A stretch of 64,000 bases of DNA from assembly GCF_006345805.1 (NCBI RefSeq), contig NC_043015.1, forward strand, positions 45,694,001 to 45,758,000, in the 5' to 3' direction. The translations under genes and the position numbers were made by a program. The first letter of the stretch is position 1. Each line of letters begins with the position of its first letter. Shown one piece after another: positions 62,628-64,000 of the stretch. A model generated the notes under the pieces. That model saw only the letters and a list, made by a program, of their open reading frames with translations. It was not told the origin of the DNA and did not search any database. The DNA is from Octopus sinensis (lineage: Eukaryota).

Positions 62628-63041
62628 AGGCGCAGGAGTGGCTGTGTGATAAGTAGCTTGTTTACCAACCACATGGTTCCGGGTTCAGTCCCACTGCGTG
62701 GCACCTTGGGCAAGTGTCTTCTACTATAGCCTCGGGCCGACCAAAGCCTTGTGAGTGGATTTGGTAGACGGAAACTGAAAGAAGCCCGTCGTATATATGT
62801 ATATATATATATATATATGCGTGTGTGTGTTTATGTGTCTGTTTGTCCCCCTAGCATTGCTTGACAACCGATGCTGGTGTGTTTATGTCCCCGTTACTTA
62901 GCGGTTCGACAAAAGATACCGATAGAATAAGTACTGGGCTTACAAAAGAATAAATCCCGGGGTCGAGTTGCTCGATTAAAGGCGGTGCTCCAGCATGGCC
63001 ACAGTCAAATGACTGAAACAAGTAAAAGAGTAAAGAGTAAA
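62628..63041 (+). mobile_element. SINE family A
   Basis: Full-length copy. Confidence 0.92.
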
Positions 63042-63099
63042 CAGTGGTCCCACTTCAAACCTTTTACTCTCCCCCTAGGTGTTTGGGATAATATTTGAA

Positions 63100-63500
63100 T
63101 CTTACATAAATCCTTTGTTCCCATTAGTGCATAGACCATCAGTGATTCTTCTCCACTGTTCTCTACTCTGGGCTGTCATGGCTACTCCCTTAGTATGAGG
63201 CTGGGTGGGGGATGGCGCCCTCATCTGTGTCTGGGGATACCTTCCTGGGAGAAGGCCTTCCACTCCTTGGTCTTCCTGGTTTTGAATTGTCATCGACGCT
63301 TCTGTAACTGCTTTTTTCCCTAGGTATGTATGTTAGCCCTAAAAAGGCCCATTTTTACCTGAGGTGGTCTGTATATGTTTGGCTTCTACCCTTTGAGCTG
63401 TCGAGCACAGGAGGCCCAGGTTTGTGCTCTGCTGGAAAATTTCTCAGGGTCATGGAGGCATACTGGTCACCACACCACACCACAACAAAGGATTAGACCT
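63100..63500 (-). mobile_element. short RTE-derived non-autonomous element
   Basis: Shares GAAGGCCTTCC, GGTTTTGAATTGTCATC and CAGGGTCAT.GAGGCA blocks with 26300-26645. Confidence 0.55.
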
Positions 63501-63599
63501 TGTGAGATATTTGCCTCTAGGTGCCCTGAAGTTGTTTATTTTTTTTGTTACCCTGTTTTCAGTACCACTTCCCATCTCAGTTGAGGGATCTTTGTCTTG

Positions 63600-63900
63600 C
63601 AAGTTATGTGGTAACCTCGCTGATGCTAGTGCCACATAAAAAGCACCTAGTTCACTCGATAAAGTGGTTGGCATTTGGAAAGGTATCCAACTGTAAAAAC
63701 CATGCCAAGGCAGACAGTAGAGTTTGGCGCAGTCCCCAGGTGAAAATGTAAGAAAGTGGGACTGGGTGCCTTGTGATAGTTGATCCAAGTTTTTGAATTC
63801 TGACAGCAACGTCTCTCCTGCACGCCACATCCGATGCTTCTTATATCCAACATTTCTCTCAGGGTGCTTATACTCTGTCATGCGTGCACACTGACATTAC
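63600..63900. mobile_element. degenerate RTE fragments (3' UTR on plus, ORF2 remnant on minus)
   Basis: LDIRSIGCGVQER on the minus strand; 3' UTR core on the plus strand. Confidence 0.6.
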
Positions 63901-63960
63901 GTGTATATGAATATATATATATATAATAATTTTGGGTATATGTATACATTTTATTTTCAG

Positions 63961-64000
63961 GTAATGAAGATGAAGAGTCACATAGTGGTAAAGACATGTC
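63961..64000 (+). CDS. RSF1: RSF1 coding exon, truncated by window end (CNEDEESHSGKDMS...)
   Basis: ttttcag/ at 63960; phase 1 fits the previous exon; GKDMS resembles the RSF1 GKDIS motif. Confidence 0.8.

Overview
AT-rich, repeat-dense eukaryotic genomic DNA. The SINE/MITE/RTE repertoire suggests a coleoid cephalopod such as Octopus (inference from recalled repeat families, not a database result). The only host gene I can support is a plus-strand RSF1 (remodeling and spacing factor 1) orthologue. I reconstruct 13 coding exons with GT-AG boundaries and consistent intron phases from 21518 to beyond the window end: DDT/WHIM-type N-terminal exons, one 3,893-bp K/E/S/D-rich exon, a PHD finger split over two exons, and the conserved post-PHD motifs. 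The start-codon exon was not found in the 21.5 kb upstream. The rest is intronic/upstream DNA: at least four tRNA-derived SINE families, 5'-truncated RTE and CR1 LINEs, hAT, piggyBac-type and mariner-type MITEs, microsatellites and local tandem duplications. The most interesting signals are (i) a 158-bp element present twice in inverted orientation that carries a minimal Penelope-type hammerhead-ribozyme-like motif with a CCGACGA core, (ii) SINE head-to-tail multimers with the same junction at three loci, and (iii) many foldback structures in the RSF1 pre-mRNA that could be ADAR or back-splicing substrates. Exon boundaries, TSDs and motif coordinates were counted base by base; repeat ends are approximate to about 10-20 bp.
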